Below, one piece after another: positions 38,706 through 51,231 of a stretch of 64,000 nucleotides of DNA. The position numbers were made by a program, and so were the translations under genes. This stretch comes from Utricularia gibba. Its lineage: Eukaryota > Plantae > Magnoliophyta. The stretch's first letter is position 1. The number at the start of each line of letters is the position of its first letter. A model generated the notes under the pieces. The model saw nothing but the letters and a program-made list of their open reading frames with translations, was not told the origin of the DNA and did not search any database. The DNA lies in the NCBI GenBank assembly GCA_002189035.1, contig CM007992.1:2418001-2482000 (forward strand). The letters run 5' to 3'.

Positions 38706-40293
38706 ATGGAGAAAGAGCCACTTCTTCCTTCCAGGCGATTGCAACCGTCGCCGGTAGGATCGCTGTGCCCTTTGCCGGAGGATACCGAAATCGCCATTCA
38801 CCAGGTACCCATTTCTTCGTCCTTCGAAGAATTCAAGGATAGGCTGATTTTCGGGCCATCCTCGTCTCCTCCCTGTTCGACGCCGGATACGGAAAGACTG
38901 GGTTTTGAGAACCATACATTGAATTTCGACCCAGAAAAACAGCAGTCCTGGTTAATTGATCCTGATTATGCTCCATCTAAGAGCAATCTTCACCGCTCGA
39001 AAACTGCGCCTGCCATGGCTACCATTAATGACATCCAGCAATCCGATGACACTAACAAGCCACCTTCGTTTGTTAGCCCTTCGATTGTCAGGCAAGGGGT
39101 TATTTTCTTGGTCCTTTACTTGAGCCTAGGGGTGGTTATATACTGGTTGAATAGACATAAATTCAAAGCGTCCGAGACTCACCCCGTTGTTGATGCGTTA
39201 TATTTTTGCATTGTCACCATGTGTACTATTGGTTATGGGGATATAACGCCAGATAGTGCTGCTACCAAGTTGTTTTCGATCACCTTTGTTCTTGTGGGGT
39301 TTGGTTTTATTGATATTTTGTTGACTGGGATGGTGAGTTATGTTCTCGATTTGCAAGAGAATTACCTTTTGAAAACTATCAAGAGCGGTGATTCTCATGA
39401 CCCAAGGTCTTATCTAGTTGACGTGAAGAAGGGGAGGTTGAGGATTAGAATGAAGGTGGGGTTGGCACTAGCTGTTGTCATTCTTTGCATCGGAATTGGG
39501 GTGGGAGTGATGCATTTTGTTGAGAATTTAGATTGGTTGGATTCATTTTATTTGTCAGTTATGTCTGTCACGACGGTAGGATATGGTGACAGAGCATTTA
39601 CATCCTTGTCTGGGCGCATTTTTGCATCAATTTGGTTGCTGGTGTCTACCCTTGCTGTGGCAAGAGCCTTTCTGTACTTAACGGAGGCAAGAATTGACAA
39701 AAGGCATAGGAAAATGGCCAAATGGGTGCTTGACCAAAAACTGACAGTTGCTCAATTTCTTGCTGCAGATATCGATAACAATGGCTTCATCAGGTATTTA
39801 AATTACAGTCGCGTATTGTGATAAGATGCTGCTCTGATTTTGTGCATTCTGCTGTTTAGCTTTTGCATGCTACTGATCTAGCCTCTTGGGATATTTTCAA
39901 GTTAACTATGCCTAGACAATATATATTGTGTTCGAATCTGGCTCCTTTTACGATCAATATTGCAACACTGTCATTCATGTATACAATGGTAAAGTATGGT
40001 GTGCATGCATGGACTTTGGGTTTGAGCTACGAGTAGTATTTGATGTGCTGCATCTGTTCAGTAAGTCAGAGTTCGCCATATACAAGCTGAAGGAGATGGG
40101 CAAGATAACAGAGAAAGACATCTCACTGATCTGCAAGCAGTTCGATCGGCTGGACAAAGGGAACTGTGGGAAGATCACTCTTGGTGATCTCATGGAGAAC
40201 AATCACAGTTGTAATATCAGAAGACAGGTCTCATCAGGCCCTCTCCGTATACAGCCCCATCCTCAAAAGACAGATGTCTTCCAACCCCGGTAG
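38706..40293 (+). CDS. TPK3: Two-pore (tandem-pore) K+ channel, TPK3/TPK5 type, 439 aa, 2 exons
   Basis: Exons 38706-39793 and 40062-40293. Two GYGD pore motifs (TIGYGD, TVGYGD), 14-3-3 site HRSKTAP, EF-hands DIDNNGFISKSEF and DRLDKGNCGKIT. TPK3 versus TPK5 not resolved. Confidence 0.93.
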
Positions 40294-43200
40294 CAAAGGC
40301 ATCTCATCCTGCCCAAGTTGCATGCAATGCAAAACTGCCTTCACCTTCTGGAAGGAACTACTGGGATTTGATGCTCATTTAGGAGCCGCGAGTCTAGCTG
40401 AAGCCGCTTGCTCTGCCCTCTTGGCCTAAGCAAGCTTCATTCTTGCTCTAGTTTTACTGACGGTTTTCCTGAAATTTGTGCCTTTCTCTTGGTAAATAAC
40501 ACAGAATCTGCACAAATTTCAGTGGAAAACCGTGAAGTTGGAGCTACTTGTGTACGCTGTATATCTTAAATGGGGTTGCTGCTTTCGAAATAATAAGAAG
40601 CTGGTTGAATGTGATCATCAAGCGCGCATTTATCCATTTCCAAATTTGTGCTATCCAAACAACTGTTATGGATGTATAACACCCATTTCAATGTATACAG
40701 TTTTTAAATTTTAAGGAATCAAATCACGTCATGCTACGCAAACTATGAAATTAATGAATATCAGTGCGTGGAACCCATTACAAAATGGTGAAAGTTTACT
40801 GCAGTAATTTATTGGTTTAATTATGTCATTTTTTTCCCCAAGCTGCATGTGTTTTTTTCTTTATCAAAATAACTGTAATTTCTTTCTTATTTTAAAAATA
40901 CATGTTCTACTTGTATTTTATTGAAATACATCTCCTTTATTGTTGTGTTTTGTTGAAATTATTGTTTTAATACCTGTCTTATTTTGAAATATTTCTGTCA
41001 CATTTTTAATTATATCATCAATTAAAAAAAATTTCATCGTATTTTTCACAAAATCAAAAATACCCTTAAATAATTATGTGTATATAATACCATTTTGTTT
41101 TCTAAATTTACCTAATAGTGAGATTGTGGGAAAAAAAATAAATCAATTTATGTAATGAAGTGTAATCCTAACTATTGAAGAAATTTAGAGTAATTTTATT
41201 TCAATTTTTTCTTAACTCATTTAATATATGATTATTTTTCATTTCCTAATATCTAATTACCCAATGATATAAAAATCATAAAATCATTGACTATAATATG
41301 TAAGTAGATGTATAAATTTATGAAAATTTAAATATTTTATATTTGAAATAAAACTTTATTTATTAGTAATATAATTTAATTTTAAAAAACTTCAGTTATT
41401 TTAATAATAAATTTAAAAAAAAACACAGGTATTTGAATAATTATAAAAATTAAAAGATGTTTTGACAAAAAAATTTAATAACAAAACAGAAGCATTTTGA
41501 AAAAATGTCTTTTTTTTTTTTTGTTTTTTTCCCCATAGTTTGCAGGCTGCAAGTACACAATGCTCTCCTCTCTACAGCAAACCCATTAGTAGCAATTGCC
41601 AAGGAAACTTGACATACCCAACGCAATATAAACTTGAAATGACAGCATTGTCGTACAATACTTATTGCATACAACTGCAACCCAAAAATGATACCAACGC
41701 AGTCGAAACCATGAAACAACAGGTGAAGATGACAGCGACGGACAAGTGAATGAGTAATACCCTTGCAACAACTTCAATGGCAAAGAACAATAATATGATA
41801 CGACCAACACCTCTAGCAAGCGAAACCAACAAAAACCAGGAATAAAAGAAATTACCAAATCAATAAACACATATGATAAGTTTTGCTGTTTCTCCTTCCT
41901 GGTTGGGGGAAATTCATTATTTTTGTAACATGGGATGTCTGTTTTCGTCAAATTTCAACACATGATGTGTATATATGAATCAGATTGTGGACACATCATG
42001 TGTTGATGACCGTTATTTGAGTAAAAATTGCAATAAAAATATTGATTTGTGACAAATGAAAGTTACCAAATCCATCACACGTGTGCGGTTGTTTTAGCCA
42101 TTTTGCCGAGCGACAACAATGCTTACAAAAATGCAGCAACAACGTTGGTTCAGACATGTCCCGAAAGGGCGCGTAATGGGCATGGCGGCGGGTTCGGGCC
42201 ATCGGTGATTCATAGATATGCGATGTGTCCTTGATTTCTCTGATTTGTTTTATTCCGCGCTCCTGGATTCAATGGTTTCTTTTTACGGGGTTCCCCTTTT
42301 CGTCACTGTGTGTTTCCTGGATCCGTCTACCCGTTTGTTTGATACTTCAAGAGTTCAATGCGGAGAGGAGACAAAGCAACTTTCCTCGATTCTCGCTTTT
42401 CAGCCGTTCCCATTTAGAGATATGGATGATTCTCTCAACCCATGTTTATTAGGTAGGTATAAATTATTAAGGTTTAAGTTATTATGGTTTAATTAATTCA
42501 ATGAATGATGGTTTATTCAACATAATGTGTTTGGTGAATAGGTTATAATTATTTAGGATTAAAAATTTATATTTTTGTTAAAGATATTTAAAAATGAGTA
42601 TGCGCAGACAAATATTATAAATTGTATATTATATTCTTATTATATTTAATAATTAAAATACTTCAATCGTACTATTATGATGGCTACATTAAGTAAGTAG
42701 TTGAACTCCATATGTGTTTATATTAACCACTATAACAAACACATATAAAAACTTTTATCCAAGGGTTTGGAGGGTTAAACTCACCTAACAAATGTGGCCT
42801 AACCGATTCTTGCTTCTGTAATTATTTTATTATCTTGTTGCTGAATTTCTTAAATCTGTGTCATCTTCAAGCCATGCTGTGGAAGGTAGTAGCATCACAC
42901 ATTTGTCAAGACATTGAGATAGATCAAATGGACTGATGAAGATGAGATACTATTAACCGTGTTGGAATAAAGGTATTGAAGAAGGTAATGGGGTATCCCT
43001 CATTGCTAGTTGAAGTTGTTTTTAACTAATTTATAAGAGATACCAATCCATCAATATTAATGAGCTTGAGAGTGAGTTAGGTCTCGCATGCACACAGAAT
43101 TTTAATTTATTAAATCGAGTTGGGCTTTCGGATAGCCTCGAAACCCAAAATTCAATTGATTTCTGAGTCCGAGAGGGTAGCTCTCGAAGAGACTCTTGAA

Positions 43201-46200
43201 TCTTGAAGAATCGAGAAATCTTTTAGGACAACGTTTTATATGCTTGAGGTTTTGATTTTTTATTCTTCTTCATATTCGATTTAGGACCCGTGCACTGTTC
43301 ACCAATGTCACACCGACTCCAACAGTCCTCTTTGTTGCAGATTTGATCCCTATGCTGCCGCCGCAAACAAACTCTATCCACAATCTACTTGTCTCGACAT
43401 ATCTGCCATTGGTTACCTCTGATGTTCACAAATTGTCTCTAAATCATCCGGTTGTTTGGTGTCAGTTCCCTGACACTGCAAAAATCGACCATTTTGATGG
43501 AAAGAACTTTTGGCATTGGAAAGATCGAATCTTTTGAGTTGCTGAATATGCATGGCGTTGCCTAGGCTCTCGATGTCGCCAAACAGTCAGCCACAAACTT
43601 TGAGATCCTTGTTGTGGATTGGGATTGGGCTAACCATGTATGTCGCCACAGGATAATTACCATCTTTATTGATAGTCTCTTCGATGTGTATGTAGTCTAC
43701 AAAGATCTCGCGTCCATATGGAAGTTGATGACTAAAGTACATCGCAGAGGAGGCCGTTACATCTTGATTTGCAGTCACCAATTTCCTGTAGTGGGAGATG
43801 TCTGATGACAAGAAGGTGGTTGTCAAGATCAATGAATTCCATGGCCTCTTGGACAACATGGCTGCTCAAAACATCAATCTACCTTCAGAGTTCATCACTA
43901 ATTCGCTAATACACAAGTTGCCATGAGGATGGGATGATTATAAGGTAAGGATTAACCAATATGATCGATCAAATAGCCATTGAGGAGAGGCAAAGGAAAA
44001 CTTGAAAGAAGTCTATCAGCCATGAATATCAAGTGAATGTCCTCAAGCATAAACATGGGAGGTATAAATCTTGCTCGAAACATTTTGATGCTGGTTTTCA
44101 TATTGTCTTAGCTTCTACTAATGATCGTATTAAAAAGAAAAAGGACCATTATTTTGTTTGTGGTAAGATAAAATACTAAACTGCACAATGCAAGCACAAG
44201 AAGATTGGCAAACTTGGTAATGAGCCTCCCAAAGCCAATATTAACATGTCTCAGGGAGATGATAATGATGAGGTGATTGTTACCAAACTTGGTTACTTGA
44301 ACCCAATTGAGGCTAGTGGTGATTGGATCATAGACTTAAGAACAAACTATCATTCGGGGAGGGGGAAACTAACCCTCCCCGAATGCCACACCGCGTGTGT
44401 GCACGTCGTCCATCAACAAAGACTAAGGCTAATGAAGTAATCAAAATATTGTTTATCTAAAAAATGATTAAAAAATATAATATGAACTTTATTATATAAT
44501 GTTAATAAATAATAATGAGTTGATATTTAGATATAAATATAATGTAATATTAATGTAATTAATTTGAGTAATATTGTTGATATTGTTTTTTTGAATTTTT
44601 CAAGTATTATTTAAATATTTTTTAAATTTGAAGAGAATTTTATGATTATTTCTAGTGTTATCATACTTATCAATTTATTAAAATGATATATAGATAGAAA
44701 AAAAAAACAATACTAGAAATCTCAAAGACATTATTCATCCATTTCATTTGGTATTCGAGTGGCACAACGTCGACCTCATCCGTGTTTCTCTCAGCATTTA
44801 TCGTGATACAAGTACCATAGAACCTCTTGCCATCCATGTTCTTGACCTAAATCTTGTAAAATCTTGTCAGCATACTGCATTTGTAACAAATCCAAGGTCG
44901 ATTCTCGAATGACCATTTGATTTAATGACATTCGATACATTTTCCCACATTTCAGAGCATGAGCGCAAGGAAGACGATAGATCAACCACTTTCCACATGT
45001 ACATGTTTGGGCTTGTAAGTCAACAGTTTGTCGGTTCCACTTAGCACGTTTTCTACTGACGACGTAAACATAACCTATAAGTTGATCAGGATCCCAATAA
45101 TACAATTGATAACGACCTACCTTTTGTTGTTGTTTATGAAACCATGAGTTCGTCTCATCTATAAACATCTACAAAAAAAATTTAAATTAGTAAAAATAAC
45201 ATAGTAATGCAATTAAAAATATCATAATTTACCTTTCTATTATCATTGAAATGAGCGATCTCTTGTCGTCTTTTAATGAACATTGTTTGAGTCCAATAAA
45301 AATTGGAATCTACAATGTGTCTACCACCATCACGACAAACAACAATTAATAATTTATGATCATACCTGTATATCAAAATCATATTTAGACTATGAAAAAA
45401 AACACAACATTATACGAGAGTAGAAATATTATCATGCATAAAGACGTGTTGCATCAATTGAAAGGGTCAGGGTATACAATTGATATGCCTCTACACAAGG
45501 CTTAAAAGCCCAAAAAACATACCGAAATATCTTATGATCTGGACCCAATTGCGTATCATAAACCGACCATTCTACAATTGTCCCCGGATTTGTCACTTGG
45601 AGCGCATACATATAATGTAGCAATTTATTCATTGATGATTCCCAAGATCCATGAACAAGTTCAAATGTACATTGAACACCAAACCAGGCTTTTTCATAAT
45701 CAATAATATAATTGTACCATATTTGTATCTCAGCAAATGCCTTACGAACCGTCAACTCTGAAATAAATAAATAAATTTTAAAAAATAATGCTAATTAAAC
45801 CAAAAATAAATAATAAAAAATCATATTTCCTTACATATTCCAAACGTAATCTATCAAATCTTGTCTAATGAAACTTATAGAAATGTTTCTATGTTTGTTT
45901 ACCTCAATTCCACTTCTACAAGTATGAGGATATGAAACTTTGAACTACTAGATCCCATCTGGCTTCGATTCATAGAGAAGAATATGAAACTCACATTGAG
46001 TTGCTAAAGCAGAATAACATTTTAACACCAGATGCTTTGATTTCCTTTCAACGACACAAAACTGAAAATGCTTCTTGATGTGCCAATGACGAACACAAAA
46101 ATAAGCTTCATCTTTAGATTTAAATCCTAATCCTACTTCCAGAACAGGATTATCAAGGTCATAGCTCATATATACTCGTTTAGTAGGCAATTCATTGGCC

Positions 46201-46599
46201 AAAATCGGCTCTCCCCATTGAAATAAAATAGCCAATCTTTTAGAAGCATTACCTGAAAACTGATACCCCAAACTTGTTGCATGTAAAATAGGAACTCGTA
46301 ACAATTGATTATTGATATCAAAATTTTCTTGAAACCCATCTTCATCAATGTTTCAAATTGTCACTGGCTCATGTTCTTATTCAAAAAGATGAAGAATCAA
46401 AATCATGTATTGGAAGAGAAGTAGATGCTATTGTGTTATCAAAGTTTTCAATGGAAAAAGAAACACAATTGAAAATTGCAAAAGTGAATCAATTGCTCTT
46501 GATTGAAGTCTATATTGATAGTTGAAATAACCTAATTTCTAATTTATTTTATGAGTACTAAATTAATTTAAAAATTAAAAAAATCCACCGTTCTCAATT

Positions 46600-46759
46600 A
46601 TAAGATCACATGCACCGAATACGTAATTGATGGATCTTGTCCGAGCAAAGGGATCACGAGATAAGATCACATGCACTGAATGGGTAATTGATGGATCTTG
46701 TCCAAGCAAAGGGATCACGAGCACCGAATTCATAATTAGTGGATCTTGCGGAATAAAGG
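46600..46759. repeat. 61-bp tandem repeat (2 full units plus a partial)
   Basis: 46600-46660 and 46661-46721 differ at 4 positions; degenerate partial unit at 46722-46759. Confidence 0.9.
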
Positions 46760-46768
46760 ATAAACTAT

Positions 46769-46920
46769 GAATAGTCTCTTGCTTAAATGGCAAGAGTCTT
46801 GCTTAGTAAGTGAGAATATTCGAGGTAGGGCAGAGTCTTGGTTAGTAGGCAAGAGTCTTGCTTGTGTGGCAAGAGTCTTGCTTACATGGTAAGAATCTCG
46901 CTTCAGTGTCAAGATTGTTT
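46769..46920. repeat. ~20-bp-period array with palindromic core GCAAGA-G-TCTTGC
   Basis: GGCAAGAGTCTTGCTT exact at 46789, 46848 and 46868; degenerate units near 46769, 46809, 46828, 46888 and 46908. Confidence 0.88.
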
Positions 46921-48411
46921 ATTTTCTTTACACATAAACGCGAAAAAGCCCAATTTCCACAATCAAGGTATAAAGTAGCCTACATAACCCATTTTGCCTA
47001 TGGATGGAGGCTATTTAAAGTAACATGGATTTGATCCATCAGAACAAGGCATGGGAAGTAGTGGACCTACCCCCTGGGGCAAAGTCAATTGGGAGCAAGT
47101 GGATCTTTAAAAAAAAGTTCATTGCGAATAATAAAGTAAATAAATACAAGACTTGCCTTGTAGCAAAGGGTTTCACTCAAAAACTGGGTGTTGACTACCT
47201 TGAGACATTTGCCCCAATAGTTTACTTATGTATCATACGACTACTCTTTGCAATGACATATGTGCACAATTGGACAGTTCACCAAATGGATGTCAAAACG
47301 ACATTTTTGAATGATGAATTGGAGGAAGAAATCTTCATGTTTCAACCTAACGGTTGTATAAAAACTGGAGATGGACACAAAGTGTGTCGAATGAAGAAGT
47401 TATTGTACAGCTTGAAACAAGCAATTGACAGATGTGCTTACCCTAAGACTTTTAATGATCATGTGTAATCATAATCCTCTATGTGGATGATATGCTGATC
47501 AAATCTAGACACTATGTTAGAGGCCAAGAAATTCTTAGTCTCTAAATTTGAAATAAAGGACATGGGAGAAGCTTGTTATATACTGGGAATCAAAATTGTA
47601 AGAAATAAAGTCATTACACTGAGAAACTCTTAAAGAAGTTTGGTTTCCATGATGTGAAACCAATGAGGACTCCATATGATCTCAGTATTAACTTAAAGAA
47701 AAATAGAGATGACCTTGTGTCCTAGAGTGAATATGCTCAGATAATGGAAAGTGTGATGTATCTAATGAGCTCAACTTGGCATAGCGTATATAGTCGATAG
47801 ATTGAGTAGATACACACACAATCCTAATAAGAGTCATTGGGCAGCTATGAGATGGTTATTGAGATACCTCAAAGGGACAATTGACTATGACCTTCAATAT
47901 CATAGAGAACTCATTGTATTGGAGGGATATAGTGGTGCTAATTGGGTATCTGGGATATAAAAGCCAAAGGCTACAAGTAGAGTGATTTTCACTTTGGGCA
48001 GAGGAGTTGCATCCTAGAAATCCACCAAATAAATCTTGATAGCTAGATCAAAAATGGAAATTGAATTCATTGCATTAGATCTAGCAAGAATCAAGGCCGA
48101 GTGGTTGAGAAATTTGTTGATGGGAATCCTACTCAGGCAACATGGATCCTTCTCACTGGTACTGCATTGTGACTATCAAGCAATAATTACCACGACCAAG
48201 AATCAATCTTATAATGGAAGAAATACACATATGCAACTAAGGCATGGAATATTGAGACAACTGTTGAAAACCAGTGTGATATACATTGAATACATGAGAA
48301 CATTAGTGAATTTGGTCAATCCATTGACCAAATCTCTCAATAGAGAGAAAATTTGTGAGCTTTCGAGAGGAATGGGACTAATGACGTTAAGCAAAAGATA
48401 GTGATGGTAAT

Positions 48412-49634
48412 TGATGAACGTTGGAATGGGTTGCTAAATGTCGCGGTCTAACACATTCAACGCATCAAAAGAAATTTATAACCTAGCTATTCCATTACAC
48501 AAATCACAAGAATTAATGTAGTGTGGCAAGTAAGGATCGAATCTACAGGGAATGGTTGTAATTTCTCAAAGTTCATTGCATTTACTGAAAACAGGGGGAT
48601 TTCCTGGGGTTTAGTTCTAACACGGGTAGGATCTAAAATAGCAGTGACTAAAATAAACGAATTGAAGAGTTGAAAGGGGCACTAAAATTAAAGTTGAGGT
48701 GCAGAAAACATAAAATAAGAGTATCTGGGCTAGGTTTTACACCAGGGTCTGGCTCTTGTGTCACTCAAAAGAGCCCATAGGCTTAAACCCAGCTTAGAAA
48801 TGCTTAAAACAGAGTAAGAGTGTGCGAAAACAGAGTATGCGTGCGCAGGAACAATAAATGACATATTAAGCTTAAAAGAAAATTTGAAAATCTTAAACAT
48901 AAACATGTTTTTAAACTAAGGCAAGGTCTACAACAAGTTTCCTATTCACAGTAAGGTACCGAAAAGCAGCATAAAGCATAGAAACGAAAACAGTAACGAT
49001 AACAGGTTCTCGCAGAAATGAAAGTGGAGAAAATGTGCAAATAAAAGTTGCAGGATGCTTCTGTGGGCTGGAAATATGCTAGAAATCAAGGTTCTAGCCG
49101 AAACGGTGGTGTAGACTCGTAGATCTGGAGGGCACCGGAGACTTTCACCAGAGAAACGACGTTCTCCTTGCTCCCGCTCGCTCTTGTTTGCTGTCTGTGC
49201 ACTCTACGTGCACAGTGTACGTTCTTTCTTCTCTCCCTTCCTTTTCCCTTTTGCAGCTCAAAAGTAAGGGTAGTCTTGTCTTTTCCTCAGGCTTCTAGAA
49301 GAGAGATCCTGCTCCAAATCTTATCTTTGCATAAGGGCGGCTGCTTTCGGCGAAAGTGGCTTTTGTACAGCTTTTTTTGTCCCCTTTTGACTTTTCAACG
49401 CGGAAAGTATGCTGCTGTAGTACTAGCTCTTACCTTGATAAGGCTTAAAACACGGACTAGACAAAATATTAGAGTTTTCGGCTCAATTGTTGCCAATTGA
49501 GCCTATTTTCACAATAAACATATTTCAACAGTCCAAATACAGAAAATAAGACATTTTAGCACCCTAAGCAACATTTAATCCTATAAAACACACTTAAAAA
49601 CATATATAAAAACACCATAAAAACGGTGTTATCA
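48412..49634 (-). mobile_element. Gypsy solo LTR, family C
   Basis: TGATGAAC...GTGTTATCA, 1223 bp, perfect TSD GTAAT; inserted just after the copia pol stop. Confidence 0.9.
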
Positions 49635-51231
49635 GTAATCCAACCTGTGAGAAGAGAAACATCTTGATTAGGTTCATATAGGTAATAACAAGTCACTGCT
49701 AGTTCTGAAAGCACATTTCTTGGCAAGTGGTCGTTCTTATGGAATATGTGTTTTACCTAAAAAATGAAGGATGAATACTTACTTTTAATGTCTCTGTAGC
49801 TGATGAAATTCAGTAACACATATAAGCAGGGTATGTTAGGCAGAAACACTTATATAAATGTGGAGGATAGCCAGTCATATGAGATATGCGTGATCTTTAG
49901 AGCGTTAATGAATCAATAGGAGGTGCATCGGGCTTGTAGGTGCACTTGAACATTAAAGAGTCGATAATTGTGGGGGTGGGGTTGATGTGATTGACTATAC
50001 CTTTATATCACGAAATAGTATTCAGTACATGGAAATACAATTTCACCATTTACTTAATGATACATGTGTAGGGCAATCAAGGGATTGGTTCATAATTGAA
50101 AGATATCATTATCCAGACGTTAGAGCCTCTGCATGACTTAGGCTTTCTCTAATATGTGGGGGATTGTTGGAATAAAGGTATTAGAGAAGAGAATGGGGTA
50201 TCTCACATTGATAGTTGAAGTTGTTTTCAATTAGTTGGAATACAAACCCATTAACCTGGATAGGGCTGAGAGTGAGCTGAGTTTCATGCGCATGCATGGT
50301 TCTAATTTATTAGATCAAGTTAGGCTTCCAAAAGGCCCCGAAATGACTATGCGTAGAGGGGGGGGGGGGGACGCACCCCAAAAGCCTCTCATGTGTGTAT
50401 GGATTAAACCCAAGTTTTACTTCACTTTGTCTCAAGTTCATTAGGGTTTAGGGTTCATGTATATATTCCACTGATTTATGAGGAGCCTCTTGAATCTTAG
50501 AGGATCGAGAAATCTTTTAGGACAGTGTACTTGAAGTTTTGATCTTTTATTTTTTTTTTTGTGTTCGATTTACAACAAACCGAAGCATGGGGTAAAAGTA
50601 GCCTAAGATGGAGAACATGTTCCTAGTGCAAAATGAGAGACCTCTTGGATTAAGTTGATGGCTTACTACAACAAATATGTACGGAATCGGATGTCAAGAA
50701 CTTACAATCATGACAAAGAAATGGATCCGCATGAATCAGCTTCTTAAGAAGTTTCGTCAACACCATGAGCAGGTAGCTTCCGTGTCCCTGCGGATGTCAC
50801 GGATGACGGGTTGATGGAGCTTACTTTTTGTTTAGGATGTGCAAGCAATCTAAGGAGTATGCCTCATCGGAGTGTCTGGGATAATCTGGAGCTGGAGGCA
50901 ATGGAGCGCCAGATGAGCTCTCTGTCGAGAACGTAAGTGTGGAGAGGGAGGAGGAGGAGCCTGCGAAAGAGGCATGTGCTTTGGTTGCTTCTGGGGAAGT
51001 TGAAGAAAGTGATTCCAGGGGTATACAGGATACAGGGCGTTAAACTGAGACTTTGATGGATCAAAATGAAATTGCGCCTCTCACTGATGATAAATCAAGA
51101 ACGCCAACTGCTCAAGAAATGAATCCTTACGCAGGGAATTAGTTCTCTGTAACCGTCTCGAGTTAATCCTTCTGTTGCTGCAAATTCAACTAATCATTCC
51201 ACAGTTACACTATAAAAAATGTGTGAACGTG

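Larger units (their letters stand above)
44351..46998 (-). mobile_element. MuDR/Mutator-like element with degenerate, intron-containing transposase
   Basis: MuDR domain (LEVGLGFKSKDEAYFCVRHW), MULE core (YVFWAFKPCVEAY..SIDATRLY), SWIM finger (CTCGKWLIYRLPCAHAL). AT-rich GT-AG introns, e.g. 45758-45834. Minus strand starts GGCAAAATGGG at 46998. No matching TIR or 9-bp TSD at the other end. Confidence 0.85.
42960..50577 (+). mobile_element. Ty1/copia LTR retrotransposon with both LTRs and TSD, degenerate and interrupted by MuDR and a solo LTR
   Basis: LTRs begin TGTTGGAATAAAGGTATT at 42960 and 50165; the 3' LTR ends TACAACA at 50577; perfect TSD AACCG; PPT ATGTGGGGGA before 50165. gag (KIDHFDGKNFWHW), protease start (GDWIID), RT (47025-47468), RNase H (48036-48401). 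Integrase absent. Confidence 0.9.
42900..50800 (+). mobile_element. Harbinger ORF1-like Myb/SANT remnant split by the copia insertion (parts ~42900-42959 and 50578-~50800)
   Basis: Joining across the AACCG TSD gives IKWTDEDEILLTEAWGKSS, followed after frameshifts by SWIKLMAYYNK...KKWIRMNQLLKKF. Confidence 0.6.

Noticed and set aside
46769-46920. Regular short repeats suggestive of a CRISPR array
   Set aside because: No unique spacers, 20-bp period, no cas genes, and a eukaryotic transposon context.
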